Assembly (NCBI RefSeq): GCF_018350175.1 | Contig: NC_058373.1 | Coordinates: forward strand, 103,294,001-103,358,000 | Source of the DNA: Felis catus | Lineage: Eukaryota | Direction of reading: 5' to 3' | DNA: 64,000 nt | Part shown: piece after piece, positions 51,357-62,280 of the stretch | Position numbering within the stretch: position 1 is the stretch's first letter | Layout: every line of letters starts with the position of its first letter | Notes under the pieces: generated by a model | The model's input: only the letters and a program-made list of their open reading frames with translations | Told to the model about the DNA's origin: nothing | Database searches by the model: none | Made by a program: the position numbers and the translations under genes

Positions 51357-52494
51357 AATGTGTTTGGTAGCTGATGGCAAGATCTAGCATAAAGAGAGAA
51401 ATTGAAGATTCAGGAGAGAGAGGGGACAATATCAGGAGCAAAGTCCTTGGGAAGAATATGGAGACGCCCACATCAGTAGAGAGATTGGTCTTGGATAGAA
51501 GCAGCAACATTCCATCCTTGTCATAGGAGGGACATCAGAAAATAAGGTTACAGATACAGGGATATGGGTAGCGTTGGTCCAGGAAAGGTGAGGGAGGCCC
51601 TTCCAAGTTCTTCAATGCCATCTTACCTGTACTGACTTCGACTGACAACCAGGCAAACCCAAACCTTTCTACAATATATAAAATTTAAAATGCTGAACGA
51701 TGCCATGTCTGTGGTATCAGTAAAATTCTCCCTGTGGTTACTCTATGAGTATCAGCACTGTGTGATTATCAGGTGAAATTCAGGAACATCTTGGCTTGTC
51801 TACGTGACTCCCCTTAAGATAATGTAGAGTTGATCCAGTATTCAAAAGGATGGGTTCCAAGTTTTGCGCACGGGGTGAGTTTTCAGTAGGAAAGTGGCTT
51901 AGAGTTTTGTTTTTTTTTTTTTTTCCTGGCAAAAGCAACATGTATCCGAAAGTATAAAATTTTACTGGCACCCTATAGGTTAGATTTAAGTGGGAATGAA
52001 TTGATAAACAAATCAAACATGACCAGTCAGCTAAGTATCATGACTTGAAATAATTGATTGTAACGGTATGTTCCAGTTGAAATGTCATGTTTTACAGTCC
52101 ATTTCAGTTAACTCATCAAGACATTAATATATTGGGATGAAATCACAGTGGCCTTTACGGAAGAGAGTAATCTTTGTGTGTGTGACAAGCCTGTAACATT
52201 CTACTAGAGCATGGCTTTAGCTTTGAGCTTACAACAGAGCTTGAAGAGCCGTTGCCCTCTTCATGGAGGTAACAGAAACGATGTCAGAGACGGTGTCTTT
52301 GTGAGAGCTCCAGGCAATTGTACAACTCACCCCATTTCACTCCCCAGCTTCATTGGACAAGGTTATTCGTTGGACAGTACAAGTTTATTCCTGAATTTAG
52401 AGTAGCCTTTATTTTCTTGTTTATACTTTTCTGTATTTGTAGAATATTTTGCAATAAGTATTTGTTACTTTTCTAATTAAAAAAAATTTTTTAA

Positions 52495-52775
52495 GTGAAA
52501 TAGATCAAAGGTAAATACTGTATGATATCAATTATATGTGGAATCTAAAAAAAAAAAAAAATCAAAACCTTGGAGGCAGAGACTAGAATGGTAGTTACCA
52601 GGGGCTGAGGGGGTGGGGGAAAGAGGGAGAAGTTGGTCACATAGTACAAACTTCCAGCTGTAAGATGAATAGGTTCTGGGGATCGAATGTACAGCATGGT
52701 GATTATAGTTAATAATACTGTATTGTATCCTTGAAAGTCGCTAAGAGAATAGCTTTTATAAAAAGAAAAAAAAAA
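52495..52775 (+). mobile_element. L1 3' UTR fragment
   Basis: aaatactgtatgatatcaattatatgtggaatctaaaa, tggtagttaccaggggctgagggg, gtacagcatggtgattatagttaataatactg. Confidence 0.85.
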
Positions 52776-53068
52776 GGCTCAAAGAAAGAGAGCAGTCTGA
52801 ATCAGAGCTTCTGAGTTATACACCCAGCTTTTAAATGAATCTAGCAGAGGGAAGACTCTCAACTTTAGAAAGATGAATTCTATGGTAAGGTTTTATAATA
52901 TCTCTTAATTTGGGTTTTATGTTGCATTTTAAACAAGTTATATATTTTCTAAACCTGAAATGCATATAGTCAGGCAATATGCATCTATTCAAGTTGATGA
53001 GTTTTAGTGAAACCAGAGGTTTCGTTTATGCCAGGCACATTTCATTAGGACAAGAAATTAAGTGTTGT

Positions 53069-53077
<9 letters not shown>

Positions 53078-53108
<31 letters not shown>
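53078..53108. repeat. (GA)n microsatellite
   Basis: About 15 GA units. Confidence 0.9.
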
Positions 53109-53112
<4 letters not shown>

Positions 53113-53581
53113 AAATAGATGAATGCTGTCTGTTGGCTTAATAGAGATAGTCTGTGCATAAAAATGTGTGAGATTTACAAAAGAAATACAATAATAATTT
53201 TCCAGGAAGCCAACAGAGCTAAATGATGCAAGATAATTTTTTTTTTTTACTTTTATTCATTTGGATGAAAAATACATCTTATGTGTTAGATAGAATTTTG
53301 AGATCATGATAAAAATACCTGGGAAATTGACTTTTAGGGGGGCTTATATGTACACATCTGGGAGTTCCATGTGTCCCTCCCCTTGTCAGCTTCTGAATCA
53401 AAGTCACTAGTGTTAGAACATTAATATCATATTTTAGTGAGAAATGATTTATTTACATATAAATGATTTTAATTTAAAAAGTCTCTTTGGCATATATATA
53501 ACATTTATCACTTTTTACTAGTTAAGAGATGCATAGAACAGCGTTACGTGAACATTTTAGTATTTTGTCTTGAGGATTTTT

Positions 53582-53790
53582 GAAAATTTTTTTTAAAGTT
53601 TATTTTTGAGAGAGAGAGAGAGAGCACGAGTGGGAGAGAGGCAGAGAGAAAGGGAGACACAGAATCTGAAGCAGGCTCCAGGCTCCGAGCTGTCAGCACA
53701 GAGCCCAGTGTGGGGCTTGAACTCATGAACGGTGAGATCATGACCTGAGCCAAAGTCAGACACTTAACCAACTGAGCCACCCAGGCACCC
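53582..53790 (-). mobile_element. CanSINE, ~830 nt upstream of exon 4
   Basis: TSD cttgag(g/a)attttt. Confidence 0.92.
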
Positions 53791-54622
53791 CTTGAGAATT
53801 TTTTTTATTTGTAAACAAGTACTTAACTCTTCCCAGTTTCCAGGACAGAGCAGTGCCTCCCTTATTTGGATTTATTGAATATGAAAACCTTTTCTAGAAC
53901 TGTAAGATCTTCCTAATGAAATCTTTTCTTTCTGAAGCATTTAAATTTACCAAGGAAAATAAGTCAGCATAATATTATTGGCAACTCTTTTAGACTTTCC
54001 CAAGAGAGATTTTTTTTTAATCCAAAATTGAAATGTTAAGACCAGCTTTTTAAATATTTCACTTGACTACATCCCAAACTTTGGGCTGACTTGTATAGCC
54101 CTTTACATCATTCTCATTTACAGAGAGTATGGCAACAGGCATTTAGTCTATGTCTGGGTTAGGGCTATTCTTGCCCCACGCCGTGAGTCACTGGATTTAC
54201 TTAGGGAAAACAATCCCTGTGGCTGGGCAGCAGTTCCTTTGTTTCTTGGCTTTCTTTAAGATCTTGGTTTTTTCCAGCTAGAAATAGAGGGGCAGAGGGG
54301 GTGAGGGAGAGAATAATTCTCTATTAGAATAATATTTTTACCTGGTCCAAGAAATACAATCTGTTGGGGGGCAAGACTTCATGTTTTTCTCTTCAGATAA
54401 AAAATTTAGCTTTTCTCTTAATATTTAAAATCTGATGATCGGTTACTATAATATCTCACTTAAACAAGAAAAGGAACAGAACTACATTTTTTTTTTCATT
54501 AAATTCTTACCCTCAGAGCAGAGATACTAAACGTTAAAAGGATCCTGAACACTCATTCCATGTGAACAAAATATGGTGACATACTTTTCAAAATGAGTCA
54601 TGAGTGCATTTGATTTATTTAG

Positions 54623-54820
54623 GTGGGCAGATCAACAGAAAGCCCTATCGACTTCGTTGTTACAGACACAATTTCGGGCAGTCAGAACAATGATGAGGCC
54701 CAGATTACACAAAGCACCATATCCAGGTTTGCCTGCAGGATCGTCTGCGACAGGAGCGAACCTTACACAGCACGGATATTCGCAGCCGGATTCGACTCTT
54801 CCAAAAACATATTTCTTGGA
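54623..54820 (+). CDS. PELI2: Pellino-2 internal coding exon (exon 4), 198 nt, phase 0-0, FHA core
   Basis: Acceptor gatttatttag|GTG and donor GGA|gtaagt. Translates VGRSTESPIDFVVTDTISGSQNNDEAQITQSTISRFACRIVCDRSEPYTARIFAAGFDSSKNIFLG (ORF track 54623..54886 reads on into the intron). Confidence 0.98.
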
Positions 54821-57800
54821 GTAAGTACTATGACTAAGCCCATTGTTTCAAGAATAACACCCATTATTATCAGCTATAACAGTTAATTGTGGCCAAAAAC
54901 CTGCTTGACACGACGCCTCTAGTTACATTTGGAGATTTTAGTTTTCAGATGGTGGAGTTTTGTGAGGCTGTTATTAAAAATCTGAGAGTAATGAAGTTCC
55001 TTGATACTTGTTCCACTTGCTGTATTATAATATGTACAGTAATTACTTTTTAAAAAATGTATATTAACATTGTTCTTAATGTATTAGTAGATTTAAGGGA
55101 GGTGATTTCAGAGGGAAAAATAATGGTCAAATCTACATAAATAGGGTTCAAAGGAAAACGTGACGTTCATTCATTCAAAAAAATTTCATTGGGTATTGGC
55201 TGTGCTCCCGGTCACATGTTATAGATGTGATATTGCAGAGAACAAAACAGATTAAGGCTTCATAAGGCTTCCATGTAAATCAAACCCAGAAGTTTTGGTG
55301 AATGTTCAGTTTTAATATAGTTTTGGGGTTTTTTTATTCGGGATGTTTTTGCGAGGACAAAAACCATTCGGAATGGCCTAAACAATAATAAAAAATGTAT
55401 TATTTCATGTAACAAGGAGTGCCAGGGAAGACAGTTCCAGGGTTGATTGCTTCAGTGGTTCTGTGACGTCCAGGGAACCACGTTGGTTCTGTCTTGCCCC
55501 TCCCTCCCTGCGCAAATCAGGCTTCCTCAGGCAGCCTTAGGGCTGAGGGATGGCTCCTGCACTCCGTACGTCCCTCCACATAACAACTTGTAGCTGAAGA
55601 AGAGGCGGGCACAGGCAGTTTCTATCCTTATCCCTTTTTATTGCTTTGTTACTTACTTTTTGTAGTTGAATAAATTTGACATGTACCATTGTGTAAATGT
55701 AAGGGGTGCAGTCCTGTTACTTTGATACATTTGTATGTTGTAAAATACTTGCTGATGTAGCAATATTTACCACATTCACAACTATAGTACAATAATATGG
55801 TCTATATTCATATTATGGTGCCTTAAATCTCAATGGCTAATTTGCTGCTCATTACAAGTTGTACCCAATAAACGCCATCAATCTTACCACTCTCTCCAGG
55901 TCCCTCTGCCCCCATCCATCCCTGGTAACCACTTTGCTCTGTTTTGCATAGGCTTAACTTTTTTAGATTCCACCTATAAATGATATCCTATAGTACTTAT
56001 TTTCTCTGACTTGCTTAGCATAATGCGCTCAGGGTCCATCTGTGTTGTTGCAAATGGAAGGATATCCTCCTTTCTCATGGGCAAATAATATTTTACTGTG
56101 TATATGTACAGTGTCTTTTTTTATCCATTCATTCATTGATGGGCGTTGGGGTGGTTTCCAATAATGGCTGTTGGGAATAATGAGATAAACATGGGAGTGC
56201 ATATATCTCATTGAAATCCTGTTTTCATTTCCTGTGGGTATGTGCCTACAAGTGGAAATGCTGGATCATATGGTAGTTCTATTTTTAATTTTTTGACTAT
56301 TTGGGGTCTTCTGTGGTTGCACACAGAGTTTAGGATTATTGCTTCTATTTCTGTGAAGAATTCCTTTAATATTTTGATGGGGATTGCATTGACTCTGTAG
56401 ATGGATTTGGGTGGTATGGCCATTTTAACATTCTTCTTCTGATTCATAAACATGGGTGCCTTTCCATTTGTGTCTTCAATTTCTTTCGGCAAAGCTCAGT
56501 ACAACGTTTTGTACTTTTCATCGTATATAGATCCTTCACTTCCCTGATTAAATTTGTTCCTAAGTATTTTGTTTTTGATGCTGTTGTGAATGGGATAGTT
56601 TTCTTTTTGCCTTTTTCAGATGCTTCATTATTTGTGTAAAGGAGTGCAACTTACTTCTGTATGTTGGTGTCCCGACACGTTACTGAAATCATTAATGCCA
56701 ACAGCTTTTTGACAGATTCCTTGTGATTGTCAATAAATCAGATCATATCATCAGCAAATAGTGACAGTTTTACTTTCTTTCCAGTTTGTATGCCATTTAT
56801 TTCTTTATCTTGCCTGATTGCGCTGGCCAGGACGTCTGGTACTGTATTGAACAGAAATGGTAAGAGTGGGCATCCTTGTCTTGTTTCCAACCTTAGAGGA
56901 TACACTTTCAGTTTTTCCCCCTTGAGTATGATGTTTAGCTGTAGGTTTGTCATATATGACCTGTTGAGGTATGTTCCTTCTGTAGCCAACCTGTTAAGGG
57001 TTTTTATTCTGAAGGGATGTTGTATTTTGTTAAATAGTTTTCTGTGTCTATTGAATTGATCGTGTGATTTTTACCTTTCATTTTATTGATGTGATGTGTT
57101 ACGTTTATTAATTTGCATCTGTTGAACCTCGCATCTCGGGTAAATTCCACTTGGTCATGGTGTCTAATCCTTTTAATGTGTTCTGGAATTTGATTTGTTC
57201 ATATTTTGTTGAGAATTTTTGCATCTACATTTATCAGGGACATTGGTCTATAATTTTCTTGTGGTATCCTTATCTGGTTTTGTTATCAATGTAAGCCTGG
57301 CTTCATAGAATGAGTTTGGAAATGTTCCTTCGTTCTCAATATTTTGGAAGAGTTTGAGGAGGATTGGTAGTAATTCTTCTTTAAATGTTTGGTAGCATTC
57401 CCTAGTTGAAGCCATCTGGTGGTGGAATTTTCTTGGGATTTTTTTTTTTTTTTTTTTTTTTTAACACTCATTCAATCTCTTTACCCATTTTCTGCGTCTT
57501 CCTGATTCAGTCTTGCTAGGATGTGTGTTTCTGGAAATGTATCCATTTCTTCTACGTTCTAGCAGTCTTTCATGATTCTCTGTATGTCTGTAATATCAGG
57601 TATAATATCTCCTCTTTTATTTCTAATTTTGAGTCTTCTCTCTTTTTACTGAGTTTAGCTAAAGATTTGTCAATTTTGTTTCTCTTTTCAAAGAACCAGC
57701 TCTTAGTTTTGTTGATCTCTTCTGTTGTTTTTCTGGTCTCTATTTGATTTATTTTGCTTGGATCCATATGTCCTTTCTTCTGCTAACTTTGAGCTTGCTG

Positions 57801-58637
57801 TTTTTGTGTTTTTCTTTTTCTAGTTCCTTGAAGTGTAAAGTAAGGTTGTTCAAGACCTTTCTAATTTCGTATATACATATTTATTGCTATAAACTTCTCA
57901 GAACTGCTTTTGCTGTATCCCACAATATTTGATATATTGTGTTTTCATTTTCAATTGTCTCAAGATAATTTTTCCCCTTTTGATTTCTTCTTTGACCCAG
58001 TGGTTGTTAAGTTTCCACATTACTTGTAGATCTTCTCAGTTTCCTCTCATTGTAACTTTCAACTTTCATACCATTGTAGTCAGGGAGGATAGTTGATATG
58101 ATTTCAGTCTTCTTAAACTTGCTAAAATTTGTTGTGTGGCCTATCATATCTCTCCTGGAGACTGTTCTAATGCACCTGAGAAAAATATATTCTGTGGGAT
58201 AAGATGTTCCGTAGATGTCTGTCAAGTCCTTGTTCTAAAGTGTGGTTTAATTCCAGTGTTTCCTTCTTCATTTTCTGTCTGAAAAATCTATCCATTGTTG
58301 ATAGTGAGGTATTGAAGTCCCCTACAATTATTACATTGTATATTTCTCTTTTAGATTTGTTATTATTTCCTTAATATAATTTGGTACTTGGATGTTGGGG
58401 ATGTGTGTGTGTGTATATGTATATACACACACACATTATATACATACATATAATCTCCATACATACATATAATTATTATATTTTCTTGATGTACTGATCC
58501 CTTTGTGATTATGTAATGACTTTGTCTCTTATTACCCTTTTTGGCTTTAAATCTATTTTGTCTGATATAAGCATGGCTATAGCTGCCTTCTTTTGTATTC
58601 TGTTTGCTTGGAATATCATCTTCCATCCTTTCATTTT

Positions 58638-58795
58638 GAGCCAAACCATACGAGACTCTTCAAAACTGAGAATAAACTGAGGGTTGGGGGGTGGGAGGGA
58701 GCAGAAAGTGGGTGATGGGCACTGAGGAAGCCACCTGTTGGGATGAGCACTGGTGTTGTATAGAAACCAATTTGACAATAAATTTCATATTAAAA
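58638..58795 (+). mobile_element. Felid L1 (L1_Fc-like) 3' UTR fragment inserted in opposite orientation into the older L1
   Basis: gagccaaaccatacgagactcttcaaaactgagaataaactgagggttg...tgggatgagcactgg...aaaccaatttgacaataaatttcatatt. Confidence 0.88.
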
Positions 58796-59723
58796 TTTTT
58801 TTTTAAAGCTGAGATGAATCTCCTGTAGGGCAGAAGGTTTTTGTTTTTTGTATTTTGTGGGTTTTTTTAGATCCAACTGCCATTATATGCCTTTTGGTGA
58901 GTCAGTACGTTTACATTTAGTGTGATTGTTGATATGTTGATACATTTAGTGTGATTGTTGATACTTAATACTGCCATTTTCTCTTTACCTTTTGGTTATT
59001 TTGTCTCTCCATTGTTCTTTTTCCTTCTGTTTCTACCTACCTTTATACCTTGGTGGTTTTCCATGGTGCTTTTCGTTCAGTCTCCCACTCTTTTTTTAGT
59101 GTTTTGTGTCTCTCTCCTAAATTTTTGTTTCGTGGTTATCATGAGGTTTACATAAAACATCTCACAGATAAAACAGTGCTTTTTCTGCTGATGGCAATTT
59201 ATCTTCAGTTGCCTATGAAGATTCTGTCCTTTTACTTTTTTCCTTTTATATTTTTGATGTCACAGATGATCTCTTTTTATGCTGTGATTTGGTTACCAAG
59301 TTGTAGTAGCTGTATTTATTTTTATTATTTATTATAGGTATTTTTAATGTCCTTTGCCTTTAACCTTTATGCTATAATTGGGAGTTAATATACTACTATA
59401 AATAGTTACAGTTTTATAATTCTGACTAACACCTTAATCAGAGTTTTGTGTATTTCTGTCTTTTCATTCCAGCTTGAAAATCTCATTTGAATGCTTCTTG
59501 TAAGGCAGGTCTAGTGGTGGTAAACTCCCTCTGCTTTTGTTTGTCTGGGAAAGCTTTTAATTCTCCTTCATATCTGAAGCATAACTTTTCTGGGTGGAAT
59601 ATTCTTGGCTGGCAGTTTTTATCTGAGAAGTTTGATAGCCTGCTGGAGATTACTTTGTAAGTTACTGTCTTTTTTTTTTTCTTCCTACCCCCCACCCCCA
59701 GCTGCCTTTAAAATTTTATCGTT

Positions 59724-59932
59724 GGGGGCACCTGGGTGGCTCAGTCGAGCATCCGACTTCAGCTCAGGTTATGATCTCACAGCTCTTGAGTTCGAGCCCC
59801 ACGTCAGGCTCTGTGCTGACAGTGAGGAGCCTGGAGCCAGCTTCTGATTCTGTGTCTCCCTCTGTCTCTCTGACCCTAACCCATTCACATTCTGTCTCTG
59901 TCTCTCTCAAAAATAAATATTTTTAAAAATTT
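59724..59932 (+). mobile_element. CanSINE inside L1 ORF1
   Basis: TSD about aattttatc(gt/ac)tg. Confidence 0.92.
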
Positions 59933-62091
59933 TAATTTTATCACTGACTTTTAATAGTTTTAATATAATGTGTCTTAGAGAAGATCTTGCGTTGTTCTGT
60001 TAGCTTAATGGACTTTGTATATCCAGTTCTTTCCCCAACTTTTGGAAGTTCTCAGGAATTATTTCTTTAAATATGCTGCCTGTCCTTTTCTCCCTCTCTT
60101 CTTCTAGAAAATTCATTATTCATATATGGGCTTTTGTAATGGACTTTGCTAGCTTTCGTAGTGTTTCTTCACTTCCTTTAAATCTTAGTTCTCTCTCCTT
60201 TTCCATCTGAAGCATTTCTGTATTCCAGCCTTCCAACTTGCTAATTCTCTCTTCCATCTGATCTGCTCTATTTCCAGTGCATTCTAATGCATTCTTCATG
60301 TCATTCATTGAGTTCTTCAAGCCCAAAATTTGTTTGGTTCTTTTTTTACAATTTTGGCATCTTTGGTAAAGTATTCCTTCTGTTTGTTAATTTTATTTCT
60401 GAGGTCATTGTATTGCCTTTCTGAGTTTTCTTGTAGCTCATTAAATTTCTTCATAACAGCTGTTTTGAATTCTTTATCAGTTAGATTGTGGTATTCCATG
60501 TCTTTGGGTTCATTTGTTGGAAATTGTCATTTTCTTTTTGTAGTACTATATTACTATGATTTTTAATGGTATTTGATTAAAAGTGACTCTGTCCTCACAT
60601 TTGAAGTAAGGAACACCCTATTTAGGCAAGGTTCTGTTTACTTTGGTTCTAACAGTTCAAGTTGGTACCTGGGAACCTTCTTTTCACTTCCCAGAAGGTG
60701 GTGCCATAGCACAAATTTTTGTTTTCTCTTGGGGGTAGGAGCTGACTTCCTCCTAAGATTGGGAGTGGCCACCAAGGGAAAAGGAATGGGGGTGCCGCAG
60801 AGTTGGAGAAGGTGTGTACTTAGCTCTTGGGGCTTTGATGTGCCCACAGCCTGGAAGGGGGATCCTCAATTGGGATGGGGATGAAACGAGTCCCAGAAGT
60901 CCATGAGCCAGAACCCTGGGGCAAAGAGCAGGAGACCCTTCCCTGAAATTCTTTTTGCCTACTTCCCTTCTCCCACTCCCTGCAGTCTTTCCTTGGAGAC
61001 AACATTCGGTCCTTCCAGCTACAGAACATGCATGGGGCAGACCCCCACTTACCTCCTTCACCCTCCACCTCCTTTTTCAGAAAGGTTACGCTATCCTCCT
61101 GCCTGCCCACCAGCCACTGCCTTTGCTGCCTTCTGGCTCCCCAGCAGCTCCTCTCCGCTGCCTCCTCTGTGTTTCAGTGCACCCACTTTCCGGGCATAGA
61201 TGTATTGATCTCTTTCAGGTGACCTGGATGCTGTACAGCCATGCTCTTTTTTGGTTACAGATGTCTGATTAGTTGTACATCTGAGGGGCAAGGAAAATGG
61301 AATGACCCATGCCACTGGGAGACTCTTTTCCCTTTGCTTTTTAGAACAAAGGACCTTTACCAGGAAGGCTCTTAAAAACCCTCTTATGTCTCATTGGCCA
61401 GAGCTCAGTCCCTGGCAAGAGGGTTATCCAACTCAGAATTTACTCCTGAGTCATGTTTGCAACAGCTATCTCTGTCACCAAGAAAGAGGAGAGAAGTCAC
61501 TGTGGCACAAGCACCCAGGAGTGTTGGTCCTGCCATCATATCAGGCGGTCTTTACATTCCATCTTTGAGGATCCAAACAGTGATATTTATGAAGAGATAC
61601 TAGCCACAGCTTGTCAGACTAACAGTCTTAAAATTTTTGTATGTTTTTTCCTCTTTCTTCTGTATACTTCCCAGGTAATAATTGCATGTAAAGTGCTGGT
61701 AGATAAGAGGCGAAAGGATTGCACAAATGGAACTGAAGAACGTGTCTAGATTCCTGGACTCTCCCAGGCGTGAGGGCAGTGGGTAGAAAAGAATCTCTGA
61801 GGGAAGGGTCCGGGCCTCAGGTCCCTTTTTTTTTTTTTTTTTTTTTTTTTTAAAGCTCCCAAGATGAATATAATGTATATCCAGTGATAAATCATTCATA
61901 CATTTTAGCACTTTCATGTTATCAGAATAATTGCATATTTTATCCTTCTGATTATTAGCTTTAAATAGAAAATGAAAATTCATCACTTTCCTTCCTTCTG
62001 CCCGTACTGGATATTTTTAAAAGATTCTGGAATCCCTTCATTTGGAACATAATCTTAGCATGCTTTTTCTGTTCTGTGGTATGCTCTCCAG

Positions 62092-62280
62092 GAAAAGGCA
62101 GCAAAATGGAAAAACCCCGATGGCCACATGGACGGGCTCACTACAAATGGCGTCCTGGTGATGCATCCACGAGGGGGCTTCACCGAGGAGTCCCAGCCTG
62201 GGGTCTGGCGTGAGATCTCTGTATGTGGAGACGTGTACACCTTGCGAGAAACCAGGTCGGCCCAGCAGAGGGGAAAGCTG
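62092..62280 (+). CDS. PELI2: Pellino-2 internal coding exon (exon 5), 189 nt, phase 0-0
   Basis: Acceptor atgctctccag|GAA and donor CTG|gtgagt. Translates EKAAKWKNPDGHMDGLTTNGVLVMHPRGGFTEESQPGVWREISVCGDVYTLRETRSAQQRGKL. Confidence 0.98.

Larger units (their letters stand above)
55650..61320 (-). mobile_element. Older, near-full-length L1 (5' UTR, ORF1, internally deleted ORF2, 3' UTR), antisense to PELI2
   Basis: ORF1 remnants (LTDKEFKTAVMKKFNELQENSERQ; RADQMEERISKLE; FPDKQKQREFTTTRPALQE), ORF2 remnants ([20 protein letters not shown]) and a GC-richer putative 5' UTR at ~60570-61300. Flanked by what look like two halves of an MLT1-type LTR (~55340-55640 and ~61320-61500). Confidence 0.9.

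Noticed and set aside
54184..54600. Two AP-1 consensus sites (TGAGTCA) upstream of exon 4
   Set aside because: A 7-mer expected several times by chance in 64 kb; no other support from sequence alone.
54821..54886. Read-through extensions of exon 4 and exon 5 (62281-62355) in the ORF track
   Set aside because: Both start at canonical donors (gtaagt, gtgagt) where Pellino similarity ends; they are intronic.
39260..62280. Assignment to PELI1 or PELI3 instead of PELI2
   Set aside because: Residues such as AISCKGQ, RNQTVVVEYTHDKD, WKNPDGHMDG and PRGGFTEESQPGVW match my recollection of PELI2 rather than its paralogues.
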